From the NCBI GenBank assembly GCA_010405405.1, contig MU004234.1, forward strand, positions 1,143,275 to 1,207,274: a stretch of DNA of 64,000 bases, written 5' to 3'. Within the stretch, counting starts at the first letter, position 1; each line of letters starts with the position of its first letter. Source of the stretch: Microthyrium microscopicum (taxonomy: Eukaryota). Below the pieces are notes generated by a model that saw nothing but the letters and a program-made list of their open reading frames with translations, ran no database searches and was not told where the DNA came from. Of this stretch, positions 1 to 12,830 are shown piece by piece. The position numbers and the translations under genes were made by a program.

Positions 1-1249
1 TACTAGTATTTATATAATATAAAATATCTATACTTATTTTATATACTATGTCTCTATTAGCTATTATACTATAATAGATAAGCCTACTAGATGGAACTAC
101 TATCTTATAGAAATATCTTTAATTATAAATAACTTTTTATTTAATTTACTATTAGTATAATTATAACGTAGAATATTTTTACTATAAAAGGATTAGATCG
201 CTTTACTAACTCCTTTTATAGATTAATTAAATAGAAATAAACTGTCTCTTCTCTCTAGCCTACTATATATTCCTTCAACTTACTATATATCTAATTTAGG
301 AATACTTTATACTCTAAAATAAGAGCTTTATTATCTAGATAATTAGTATTACTACGTTATACGTAAGAAGCTTATTATAATATTAATTTATATATTTCTA
401 TTAGCAAAATAATAAATTTATAATAGGTGCTGCCCTTAACTACTAGCTGGCTACTAGCTATATATAAGATTAACTATTAAGTTAACTATTATCTCTTATA
501 TTAATACTAACCACATTTAATTATTAGCTGGCTTATTGCTTCTTTTGGATTGCTTGCTAAATATTTCGTTAATTTCTAGAAGTTAGTAACGATTATACAA
601 AATATATATTTAGTAGTACTTCTATATAAAGTCTTTTTACTAAATATCTTATTAATGTCTTGATACTAGTAGTAATTTTATAAAATACGCTACTAGTAAT
701 ATGTTTATTAAAAGCTTAATCGTTAAATTCTTTATTAGTTACTAAATATTAGAGGTAACAACGTAAAATATAAAAGTAGTAATACCTTCTATTAGAAGCT
801 ATAGTTTATATACTATATTAACCTTTAAATATTAAGGATAATAATATAGAATCTATACTTAGTATTACTTACTATCTAGAACTATTGCTATAGAGGGTAT
901 CTTATCTAACTAATATTAGTAGTAATTGTATAGAATCTCTTTTTAAGTAATACTTCTTAGTAAAAGAGCCATATTAGTTAAAATTACTTTTAGTAATTGT
1001 TTATAATAACTAGATAGTAGAATTAAAGAGTATAATTTATAAGGCTTATTCTCTACTCTAGTTAATATATTATTTATTTTTATTAAGTTAATAATATCTC
1101 TTATAGTTTAGTAGCTATAGATTATAGAAATCTTAGCTTTCTTTAGATAAAGACATCCTATAGTATATTCTTACGTATAAACTATATATAGTCTTATTAC
1201 TATCTACTTTATATTATTATATAAGATATAGCGCTTTATTAAAGTCTAA

Positions 1250-4100
1250 AACTATATAATTATATTAGACGATAATATAGAGATTTAATATATTTAATAA
1301 TGTTATAATTATAAAGAATAATATTAGAAAAATTTAAGTTTATAAGCTAGTATTATCTTCCTTAGCTATAACTAATAAGTAAGTAAAGCCTTTAAAGTAC
1401 TACTATATAGAATCTTATTAGTTATTACCTTCTACTTATATTATCTTTAGTAACTAAACTAAAGCTAAATCTAGAGCTACTAGATATTAATAGTAGCTAG
1501 AGCTAGTAAATATTATTTAACTATAATTATATCTAATAATTATAACTATATACTTCCTTATAGGTTAAGTATAGCTAGAAGATTAGCTATATTAAAGAAA
1601 GGAGCGTAAAATATTAGTAGTAAGAGGCTAGTATTAATTATTAGAACTAATCTAGGTAGCGCGGTACTATAAACTTATTCTTCGTCTCCTAAGGCAGGTA
1701 GATAAGGAATAACGTCTTTAAAATTATAGTATACGCTATTTTATATATAGTACGTATATTAACTATTTTAATATTTAGGAAAGTTAACGTACCTTATTAT
1801 TACTAGCTAGTTAATTTAGGACTAAGAATAAGGAACTACTACTAGGTAATAGAATAAGTATTAGGTATATTTTTAATTAGCTATATAGTATTTCTTATAA
1901 CTATATAAGACTATAGCTTTAATAAAAATATTAGCAATCTTAGTATTAGACTACTAAAAGATTTAAGAAAATAAGTCTATTATTAGGTATAAGATACTAG
2001 ACTTTCTAATTATATATATACGAAATAGGTTATTACTTTCTATAAGAAAACTATTTAAATAGAGAAGAATTACTTAAAGTTACTATAAGCTTAGGTCTTA
2101 ACTAAAGGTTAGTAAAATAATTCGTAATTAAAAGAATTTATACTTACGTTTATAATCTAGACTAAGACTTAAAAGATATAATAGGTTAAAGGATAGTAGA
2201 AATTAATTTAAGTATACTAGCTATTATTTAGTCTTTAGTAAACTAACTATTTACTTAGATTTTATACTATTACCTATTACTAAGTAGAGAGTAAGCTATT
2301 ATCCTTTAATCTAAGCGTAATATAAATAGCTATTATAGTAGAGAGCTAAAAGGGTAGGCTAATCTAACTAAAAGGACGTTACGTATTAACGTTAGCTTAA
2401 TATTATATACATATAAGTATCTCTTAATGCTTTCTCTCCTAGTCTAATATAAAGATAGCATAATAGTATAATATAAGTACTATAGGAATAAAACTACGCT
2501 AATTAAAATTAGCTTTAGTCTAAGACTTAGACTATACTACGTAGGGAAAGAAGTTCTACTTATAGAACTACTAAATACTCTAAATAATAAGGGGCGCATA
2601 GAAGTAAACCTAGAAATAGAGGCTAGGTATAGTACTAATAATAGACGTAGTTTAAATTATAGGTTAGTTATTAGGGGTATAGTACTTAAAGTTGTTATTA
2701 TAGTTTAGAGTTATGTTAGAATTTAAAGGTTAAGAGGTTCTTAGTAGGTTCTATGCTATTACCTAGGTAGTATAATTAGATAATAACTATAAATTAATAA
2801 TATTAATAGCTTTTCTTCTAAAATTATAAAGACTAAAGACTAATTTATTAGGTAGTTTAGGTAGCTAAAAAAGTATAAATACGCGTAAGTATATATTTAT
2901 AGAGCTAAATAAAAGTGTAAGTTATTAGAACGTAATTATAGGATAGAACTTATAGCTTTCTTATTACTAAATTAATAGATAGCTAAAGACTAAAATAGAA
3001 TTGCTTCTCTTAGCGCAAGTAGTAGAAAGAAGCGCTAGGTAATAGTAAATTATAAAAGATAAGAGATCTTTACTTTAAAGGTTAGTAGATAAGAATTTAT
3101 ATTAATAGTACTAGGTAAATAAGGTTAGTTCTTAAATAGATATAGCATAGTAGAACTTATAGTCTTTTAATATAAGGCTAAATATAAGATATTATTATAG
3201 TATATAGTAGGTAGCATAAGTAATTAAAGTAAATAAAGATAAAGAAGTTCTTACTTTTAAAGGGAGTAAGGAACTCTAATAGAGAGTTAAAGAGTAGTAT
3301 AAAGAAGTAATAAAGGTATAGATAAGTAGAAGGGTTTTATAGATAATAACCTAATTAAATAGTTGCCTGCTTAGTAAGGAATAAGTAAGAGTAATTAACG
3401 TAGCTATAGATTATAATATAACTTAAGCTAAAGTAGTGAATAACTATATAACTATCGTTATATAACGTAATAGTCTTTACTAGTATAATATTCTAAAGAA
3501 ACTTTATAATTAATATACTATAAATAGTAATAATGTCTATAAAAATAGTTATCTTTTTGTAGTAATAGTAGTAAGTATAGGTATTAGTAATATTAAAAGA
3601 GTATATAGAAGCTAGAAACTTATAGTATTAATAGAAGAACATAGACTAGAATAGCTAAAAGTAATAATAGTTAGTAATTATAGCTAGAGCATTAATATTA
3701 GCTATTATAGCAACTAAATATATAGAAAAAGGTAAGAAAATTATAGTTCTAATAGATAGTAATCTTTATAAGAAGAAGTTGCCTTCTACTAATATAAAGT
3801 AAGGTATAGTAAGAGCAAGGGTTTTAGGGAAGATAAGATAATAAATATAAGTATCTAATATAAGTAATAACTTAATAGGTATTAAGGAACTTACTTATCT
3901 AATTTTATAATTTAATATTAATATATAGTAAGTGCGTAGAGCCTATCTAGTAGTCTCTTAGTTAATAGTAATAAGTAGCTAGTAATAAATAGACTAAATT
4001 AGTATTAAAAGTGCTATCTCTATAATAAAAAGACTTAGCTAAAGTCTAGTAAATAAGAATAGTAGTATTAGTATTATAGGGGATGTATAGTAGATATAAT
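1250..4100 (-). pseudogene. RIP-degenerate intron-rich gene relic
   Basis: Minus-strand splice signals survive: GTAAGT...TACTAAC-CTTTAG (2147-2102), GTAAGA...TTTAG (3254-3178), GTAAGTT donor at 3894, GTACGT...AATAG near 1790-1736. Product unknown; limits approximate. Confidence 0.45.
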
Positions 4101-4599
4101 AGTAGCTCTTCTAAAGCTAAACTATTAAGAGTAGGGGCTATATAATTAAAGCTAAGAATACTAGGTTAATTTTCTTAGAATATATTAAAAAATATTAATT
4201 AATAGAAAAGCGTATATTTAATTAATTAGTATTTATAGCTCCTTTTCCTAACTTTATTTTATTAAATTTATATTAACTTTATTAAATCTTTATATTAGTA
4301 CTTTAATCGTATTATATTCTTTAACTTTAAGTATATAATAACTTTCCTAACTATAATAAAGTATAGCTACTTTGCCTCTTAAATTAATTTATATATAGTA
4401 TTAAATACTAATAGTTATAGTTAAATAATTATAATAAGAACAAGAACTAAGTTTATATAATTATAATAGTTTTATTTATTATAATTATATAGGATATAGA
4501 GTTTTACGATTAGGGCCGCCCTAAAACCTATAGCTATTTAGAAGAAGCTAGACTAAGCTCATAGGGCTAGGTTAAACTTTACCTTGTAAAGATAAAGTA

Positions 4600-6000
4600 T
4601 ATTAAGACGTATCTTACGATATTAAGCTATACTAGATATCTATAGTTATTTAGTAAAGTTCTATAAACTTATAAAGCTAGATTAAACTATTAATTACAAA
4701 GAATAAAATATACTTAGGTAGTTACTATTATTATACATAAAGTATATTAAAACGTTATTCTCTACTATACTATATTTATTACTACTTAAGTTAATATACT
4801 AGCTAAACCTCTACTAATAGACAAAATTACTATAAACTCTCTATATTTCTTTAGTAATCTTTCTAACGCCCTCTTTTTCTTAGTTAGTATATTTATAAGT
4901 TTAACTATATTATAACTACTCTTTAGTAGCTCTACTATATAGCATTATGAATATTAGAACCTAGGTTTTTTAAGAATATTTCTTGCCTCTAAAATATATA
5001 CTTAGTATATATAACCTCTAAGCTAGTAATGCTTATAAGCGTTATTACTAGTAAGAGTCTTATTAGCATTTATCTCTTCTATATAACTAATATAAGTCAC
5101 CTTACGCTTTTAGTTAGGTAATATAGCCTTCTACTAGTTAATAGTTACTAACTAGAAATAATCTAGTATAAGAGAGCAACTTAAAATATTGCTACTTTTG
5201 TAAAAATACTAAAGGATTTTCTTAATTAAACTATAAGCCTTAGTAATAGCTATAGCCTTTAAGTTAAAAGATCTAACTAGGCCTAAAGAAGAGGCCTTTA
5301 TAATAGTAACTACTATATAAGCTATAAGTAAGGCTTTTGTAGCTTTAACTTCCTTATTAAAGTTTATATAGGTAGTACTATTATAAGTACTAGTAGAAGA
5401 AATTAGGATAATAGAAGATAGTAAGTTAAGAAGAGATAGTATAATAATATATATAGTAAAGAAGTTTATAGCATAAGAAAAAACTTTATTAAAATATAGT
5501 ATACTAGCTAACTAAAGAGAAGGAAAAAAGAGAGAAGGAGAGCTCTAAGGCGTCTTAATAGAAGAGGTAGTAGAGCTTTCTTAAGAGTAGAGAAAAGAAG
5601 GAGACTAAGAAAGTATAAATAAATTACGATTATTATTATTATTATAATTATTATTATAGACTAGCGTATTATTTTTATTCCTATTCTATATATATAAATT
5701 CTTCTTTTCTATAGTAGGAGGAGCCTTTTTAAAGGTAAGTAAATTCTTCTCTTATAAAGTAGGTAAATTGCTATTAAAATTAGTAGGCAACGCTAAGGAC
5801 TCTTACCTAGAAGAACGTAAGAAAGTAAGTAAAGTAAGGTATTTACGCTTATTTAAAAGCTTAGGCTTAGACGATAATAGTTATTAAATTACGCCTAAAG
5901 GTATAACTACGTAAGAAGACTACTATAGTAATAGTAGTAGTAGTAGAGGAGAGGAGAGAGGAGTAGGTAGATTTAAGAGTAGTAAGCCTTAGACTATTAC
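4600..6000 (-). pseudogene. RIP-degenerate ORF relic with Pro/Ser-rich and acidic N-terminus
   Basis: Minus frame reads LNLPTPLSSPLLLLLL**SS (de-RIP ...SSPPPPPSPQQSS) and NNNYNNNNNR (DDDHDDDDDR, ~5630-5660). It continues ~450 codons with only RIP-type stops. Confidence 0.45.
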
Positions 6001-6589
6001 TTATTCTTCTTAATTATTATTACTATAATATTATTAATATTATTATTTACGATTTAATAGTAAAGGAATATACTTATTAGCGTTAAAAAAAGCGCTTAGG
6101 AAGTCTACGCGCTTATTATAATATAAACGTATTTCTTATTAACGGATCGTTCTAAATTTTATAATAATCGCTACGTAGGCCTTTAAGCTATATATCTTTT
6201 TTTTATCTTTAAAATTATGTTTAAATAAGTTAGTATAAATATATAGTACATTATAGCGTACTAAATATACTAAAGGCTAGTAATATTAAGGTATCTTTAA
6301 AAGTCTAATAGAAAGCTAATATTTATAAAAGGTATATAAAGCTAATATATATATTATTAAAGAGCTTTAAAATATAGAGCAAGGAGAGGTTTTATTATAG
6401 TAATACTCCTATTTAACCTATACTCTTATAGAAATAAAGCCTAGTTAGTTTAGGCTATTATTCCCTATTAAAGCTATCCTTAAGGATAATATCTTATTAT
6501 TCTTTCCTAAAGTATAAAGTTTTAGTAAATTGTATAAAGTTTTATAAAGATATTAGCTAATTATATGCTAGAATATCTTTATAGAAGCC

Positions 6590-8250
6590 TATTTACTATA
6601 GGAGCGTTAATAATATAAGATAGTAGATATTATAAGGTAGCCTAATTATAATAGCTTTATAATAAGATAGATCTCTTAAAGATATAGAAGGTCTATAGGT
6701 TTATTTTATAAGTACTAGAAGCGTTATAAAAATCTAGAGTACTTATTATTAATCTTAGAATTAAATATTATAGAATAAGATTAACTTACTAAAAGCTATA
6801 ATAATACTACTATTATAAGGCGTAGGATAAATAGCTACTATATAGTTTACTTCTAGGTCTTAGAATAGAAGAAGTTTAACTTAGTCTAATGGTACGTAAT
6901 ATAAATTTTAGAAGATAGTCTTTACTATATAAACTAAAGTTATTTAGATTTAGTAACTAAAATCTTACACTATAAGACTAGGATTAAATTTATAAGATTA
7001 GTAACTATATTGTTGCTTATTTATAAGTAAGTTAGTAGGATTTATATAGTGTTATCTATTAAATATTAACTACTTATTAGCTACTTATAAGCCTATGAAG
7101 ATAAGCTATAATAGGCTTAGAATAAGTAGTATTTAAGATAATAGTCTACTTAGGGTTCGTTAGGCAAATATAGATTAACCTAAGGAACTCTCTTAGTATA
7201 AGGCTTAATAAATAAGTAAAAAATATTAGACTAAATACGTATAAATAAGGACTTAATTTCTTAAGCTACTAAGCTACTAAGAAGTAGTAAATATAATTTT
7301 AAATCTAGCGCTATAAACTTAGAAGTAGTAACTAGAGATTTAATATTAGTACTATAAAGATAATAATTAGGCCTAGAGAAGTATAAGAATTAGTCTAAGA
7401 GTTAAACTTAGAAATAGACTTAAATAGCCTTATATATGTACTAACTAAAGGTTACTAAGTAAGTAAAGTAACTTAAAACTATATATAGAAAGGCATATAA
7501 GCAATATAGCATATAATATTAATATTAATATTAAACTTACTAAATATCTCTATAAGGTAAAGCTTTGTAAAGCTTAGATATAGAGTAAAGGTATAAAGAA
7601 GAGATATAAAGAATCTAGAGTAGTAGATATAGTTAAATACCTATTAAGCTTTAGTCTTAACTAGTTTAAGTAGACACTATAGTAGGCTATATTTACTTCT
7701 TATCTTTTAGCTTACTAACTCTCTTTCTATAAGTACTAATATTAACAATATTACTATATAGTAGTTAGTTCCTCCTACGTACTATAAGAATTAAGTTAAG
7801 TAAGTAGTAACTACGCTTAGCCTACTATCTTAAGCTATTACCTTATATAAAAATCTAATCTTTACTTAGACGTAGTAAGATATAATACTAAGAGTAATAT
7901 ACTATAATAAATAGGAGGCTACTAATATTATAGTAAGACCTTTAAAGAGAGAAGTAAATATATCTTCTTATGTGTTTTAAATACTATAGGGTAATGGCGT
8001 TATACTAAGGGATAGCTATACTAGTAGATAGTATATTAACTAAAAGCTTTAATAAGAGAAGTATATAATAACTTATTCTATAATTATACTTTTGCTAAAA
8101 ATATAGCAAGGGTTATTAATATATATAGCTTCTATTAATAGCATAATAATAAAATATAGTCTTGTTATTAGTAAGCCTATAGCTATATACTACTCTATCT
8201 AACTCTACTAGAAATAATATACCTAGATAGTAAAAGTTTAGTATTATTAT
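6590..8250 (+). pseudogene. RIP-degenerate ORF relic of unknown function, convergent with the helicase
   Basis: One + frame is interrupted almost only by TAA/TAG for ~550 codons and de-RIPs to protein-like text. No family recognised; limits approximate. Confidence 0.35.
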
Positions 8251-8419
8251 AATATATTTAAATTTATAAGATAATCTAATTTAATCTTAGAAGATCTTAA
8301 TTAATATTAACTAATTAGAGGGTAGCATTTTACTAATATTAGATATAGAGTAGGTAGCTTACTAAGAGCATAGAACTCTACGTACTAGTATTAAAAGATA
8401 TATTAAGCTAAAGTAATAA

Positions 8420-11400
8420 TTAGTTAGGAAAGGTAGTATTATGCTTCCCCTTTTTTGTAAGAATTAATAAACGCCTAATACGTATTTTCTAAATATAGCT
8501 TAACCTAATAATTCTTTATTAAGCTCTCTTTTCTACTTATTTAATACTAGCAATACTTAGTAACTAGGTAGCTTTTTTATAACTAGGTAGTATACTTAAA
8601 GTATCTTTTACTTACTTACTAGCTTTAGCCTAGGTTAAGCTAATAGGTAACTCTATAAGAGTACTATAATATATAGTTCTACTAGTAAATAGAAATATAG
8701 AACTACTTAGCTTAGAATCCTTAAGAATTATAGTATTAACTATAGCTTATAACGTATAGTAATAAGAAGGCTTAGGAGCTAGAGAAGAGGCTAATAGTCT
8801 TAGAGCTAAACTAGATATTAATACAGTACTAGATATGCTTATTACCTAAGATAGTAAGCCGCTTTAACAATGCTATTTTTTGTCTTATTTACACGCTATA
8901 GCTTTAAAACAAGCCTTAATGTTAGTATAGTTAGCTTCTTACTACTATCTAATAGTCTTATTAGTGTCCTTAGCTAAGTTAATCTTAATTACTTATTAAT
9001 TAGTAGATTAAGATACGCTCTAGCCTCTTATTACCTCTTTTTATTTCTTACGTTCCTACCTCTATTACTTAAGTTTAGTAAACTTTATAGGTACTAGAAT
9101 AGCTAACGCCTTAAGCTTTTTAAGTAGGTCTATACTATAATTATTATATTTATTCTAATTATAAAGAAGAGTTGCTTAACCCTTTAACTAATCTTATTCT
9201 ATTAGGGATAGTAGGTTACTAAGCTTAGTAGTACTAGAGAAAATATAAGCTAACTACTATTAAGTATAATAGCTTAGTACTATAAAAAATAATATACTAT
9301 ACTTAAATATAGTAGAGAGTAGATATAATCTCTATGCTTAGTCTTATACCTAAGCTATAATCTCTTTTAAAGTAAACTAGCTATAACTATTAAGAGCTAG
9401 AGGTTTTAGTTTAGCTAATTTGTCTTTATAAAGAGCAATCTTTAGAAGTAATAGGGCTAGGTTATATCTATTATAGTAAAGTAGTAGATCCTAAGTTAAT
9501 AAAGATAGTATTTAATCTTTACTAAGAAACTTCTAGATTATAATGCGAATATAATTAGCGTTTACTAAATTATAGAACTCTTAGGGTATTTTTACTTATT
9601 ACTTAGTCTTAGGTTTAGAAAAGAACTCTATCTTCTTTAACTTCTTTTACTTTCCTATTATATTCTAGGTTAAAGGTCTAGCCTAAGACGAACTAGCTAT
9701 AGAAGATTCTAGTTTAGTAGATTCTTATTCTATATTAGTAAGGCTATTTTTGCTAATATCTAATATATTGCCTAGTATCTATACTTATAATAGAGAATGC
9801 AATAAAGCTTGCTAGGAAAAAGCCTACTAAGACTAATGTTATTATTATATAGCGTAATGTAATAAAAGTATATAACGCGTAGTAGTCTTCTACTAGCGCG
9901 TTATAGCTATACTAGGCTTAGGTATATTTTAAATAGGTCGTTCTTTTATATATTTATTATATAAGTAATATAGGAGCTAAATTTTAATTATACTATAGTT
10001 ACTTTTACTTTGCGCACTATAACTAGCACGCTACTAGAGATTTAGTATATTATAACTAATTAGTATTTTCTAAATAATAATAAGTATAATACTAGGAATA
10101 TAGTAGCTAAGCCTAAGATAAGTTATTACTACTATAATTTAAATCTTAGAGTTAGGTTTATAGAAAGTAGTATAGTAGTAATTTTAATTATACTTAGATA
10201 ATTAAGACGTATACTTCTTAATAATTTTATTAACGTAAAATATTTTAGCCTTTAGATTATATAAGTACTTCTTAGAGTAACTATTAGGAAGATAAGAAGT
10301 AAGTATAATTAGTAAATAATAAAGGTATATAAGCGTAGTTTAGATACTAAAGATACTATTAATAAAGATAATTATCTTTAGTATCTTAGATAGACTACTA
10401 ACTTTAATCTTATAGTTAGAGTATTTATATATATGCTTATGCTTAAGTTTAGAATATTAGCTAGAACTATTAATATTAATATCTTCTTTGCCTAAATGTT
10501 TGCTATTAGTATTATTCTTATCCTCTATAGAATAAAGATTAGATTTAGGACTTGCTATATCTATACTAGTACTATACCTATTATTAGACTATACGTCTTA
10601 GCGTTAAACTTCTTATTAGCTAGTAGTTACTTTATAGTAATTCTTATTTACTAAGGTAGTAGTTTTATATACTTATTAAAATATATACTATAGAATATTA
10701 TAAAGATTATTAAAAGAAGTAAGCTTACCTTTCTTAATAAAGTGTATAATAATAGAAAGATCTAGATGATTTATACTTATTCTTAATAGAGTAGTTTACC
10801 GCTAATATTAACTTAACTATTAAAAGCTACTAAGCTAAAAAACTATTTCTTGCGTTAGTTAACTTAATATACTAGTATATCTAAACTAGATAACATCCTA
10901 TAGTAATATTGCTCTAAGCTTGCTAATTATAGTAAACTTTATTTAAAAGTTATGCTACTAATAGATAAGGTAATACTTATTAATAGTAATATATCTAATT
11001 CTTTACTAAAACTCTACGTCCTTTAAAAGTTTCTAGAAGTCTAGGAATAACACTAGCTCTAGTAATAAGAGAATATAACTAAAGTCTCTTCTTCTTATCT
11101 TACGAGTAAGATATTAAATCTTCTCTTTAGAATCTTTTATTAATAGATAAAGAGTATATTCTTCTACGTTCTTAATACTATTATACTAGTCTTTCTTAAG
11201 TCTATTAAGAAGAATAATTTAGAGTATAATCTTACTAGTTAGAGCACTATAGGTGTATAGGATTAGGCTTTTGCTAAACCTAGTTTTAGCTATTAAAAGT
11301 ATATTCCTACTACTATAGATTAATATATAAAGGGCTTAAATCTAGGCTTCTTTTAGCTTAATATTTAGATAGAATTATTTTAAAGCACTTCTTAATACGC

Positions 11401-11671
11401 TAGGCTATTTCTCTAAATAACTTTCACTCTAAGTTAAAATATTAATTATCTTATAGATAGTTTCTAGTTTTATCCTAAGTATTCTCCTAGTACGTTTATT
11501 AAGTTCTTCTAGCTCTATCTCATCTAGGTCGTATAGTAATAAAGGGTACTATATCTCTTAGCTTTTATAATAATTAGGAAAATATTCTCTATTATTAGTT
11601 TACCTATTTATAAGCTTTCTTTTAAAGCCTAGAGGCGCTTTTAGTATTCTTTTTATCTTTATAGATAGCAT
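8420..11671 (-). pseudogene. RIP-inactivated RecQ-family (SF2 DExH) helicase
   Basis: One frame from ATG 11671 reads ILLIAKTRFSKSLIL (de-RIP AKTGFGKS, Walker A, ~11267-11290); YITINKYYLIY**HNF (IAIDECHLIHQW-HDF, DECH 10970-10981); FRYTSIL (FGCTGTL); IIVVITYLRLS (IMVATTCLGLG); **RASYSAQ (WQRAGRGAR, ~10010-10036); then a C-x-R...CCDRC-like Zn motif. The 3' end is approximate. Confidence 0.88.
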
Positions 11672-11762
11672 TACTAACTTAGTTAAAAAAGTTTTAACCT
11701 AGAATATATAATAAGTATAATAGATTAGTAGTAAGGTATAGATAGAATAATTAAATATTACT

Positions 11763-11820
11763 ATAGATCTTCTAATATCTTAATAGATCTTCTAACATCT
11801 TAATAGATCTTCTAATATTA
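11763..11820. repeat. 20-bp tandem repeat, ~3 copies (ATAGATCTTCTAAYATCTTA)
   Basis: Units at 11763, 11783 and 11803, about 90 bp upstream of the helicase relic ATG. Confidence 0.9.
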
Positions 11821-12830
11821 TCTAGATCTTATAAGAAGTAGCAACTTTATTAGGCTTATTAAAGATTTTACTAACGTCTTATAGACCTTAATTAATATAT
11901 AGTACTAGAAGACTCTTAATATCTATTAAGTACTACTCTTTAATAGTTTATATATATATCCTATAATAAGGAAATAATTAACTAGGTAGGTAATAATATA
12001 GTAATTAGTAGAATAAAAATGGAGTATATACTACTACTAATAATAATAACCTAAAAATAACGTACTAGATTAAAATAGATAATAGTTTTAAGTATATTTA
12101 TATATATAAAATTATATATATTGTAGTAGTTATTTAGTAGTTAATAGTTAAAGGTGCGCTTACTAAAATATAAATACGTTAGACGTTTTTAGGTATATTA
12201 AGAGGAATAGTTAAATATTATAGTTTCGTATTAATCCTAAATAAAAATAGATTTATTAGAAAGCTAATTTCTAACTATAGGAATTAAATAGTACTGAATT
12301 TAAGCTATAGGGCTATAATTATGATAGTGTTAAGTTATTTATAAAAATAGTAAAATTGTAAAGTGAGTTGCTATAAAATTTTCCAAGTTGTCCTTAGACG
12401 CGACTATGTCGTAGCTAGCGGAGACTTGGCGCGATCTGATTGGCTGAGATAAGCAACTTCAGCAAGAGCGACCGGGGCGAACATTCTGGCCAATATCATG
12501 TCGGTCTAAACGGCAAGAGCTACCTAGGTAAGGATAGCAGGCACGATATTGAACAAAGGAAGCTACGACCGAGCCTCGAAGAAGGTGCGACCCACGACCC
12601 AACTATTGACCAAGTGACCTCTACCCGGTACTATAACAGTTCGTCTACCCAGCTTTTTTGCATTCCTCCACCTCGAGTTTCCTAGCAACAACTACTTTTC
12701 ACATATTTGCCTCTGTTGTTTAGCTATCGTCGTTTCATCGGCACTGAAATAGCTGGCTTCCCCCTCTTCTGTCAACACTTCCCTCCTCATCACCTTTGTG
12801 CTCTGGTTCCCTCATCCGCTTTAATTCACC

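Larger units (their letters stand above)
1..12350. mobile_element. RIP-degenerate AT-rich multigene block; probably one end of a large repeated element that continues left of the window
   Basis: CpA/TpG almost absent, TpA extremely frequent, no ORF in the track. Relic reading frames are interrupted almost only by TAA/TAG. TG/CA reappear from ~12290 and composition is normal by ~12400. The right edge is approximate. Confidence 0.8.

Noticed and set aside
1130..1300. F-box-like relic on the + strand (LSLDKDIL*YILTY)
   Set aside because: Too short and ambiguous after RIP, and it overlaps an equally plausible minus-strand relic.
11763..11830. CRISPR-like array
   Set aside because: Contiguous tandem units with no spacers, in a eukaryotic genome.
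1..12350. Centromere, organellar insert or LTR-retrotransposon nest
   Set aside because: AT-richness is TpA-specific (RIP). I found no RT/integrase motifs, LTR pair or mitochondrial genes; a centromeric location cannot be judged from sequence alone.
12340..12362. GTAA motifs at the block edge resembling a reversed Starship TTAC(N7)A target
   Set aside because: Short AT-rich motif expected by chance, and the terminal gene is a helicase, not a DUF3435 recombinase.
12440..12685. 81-aa TTG-initiated ORF
   Set aside because: Non-ATG start in promoter DNA with no recognisable motif.
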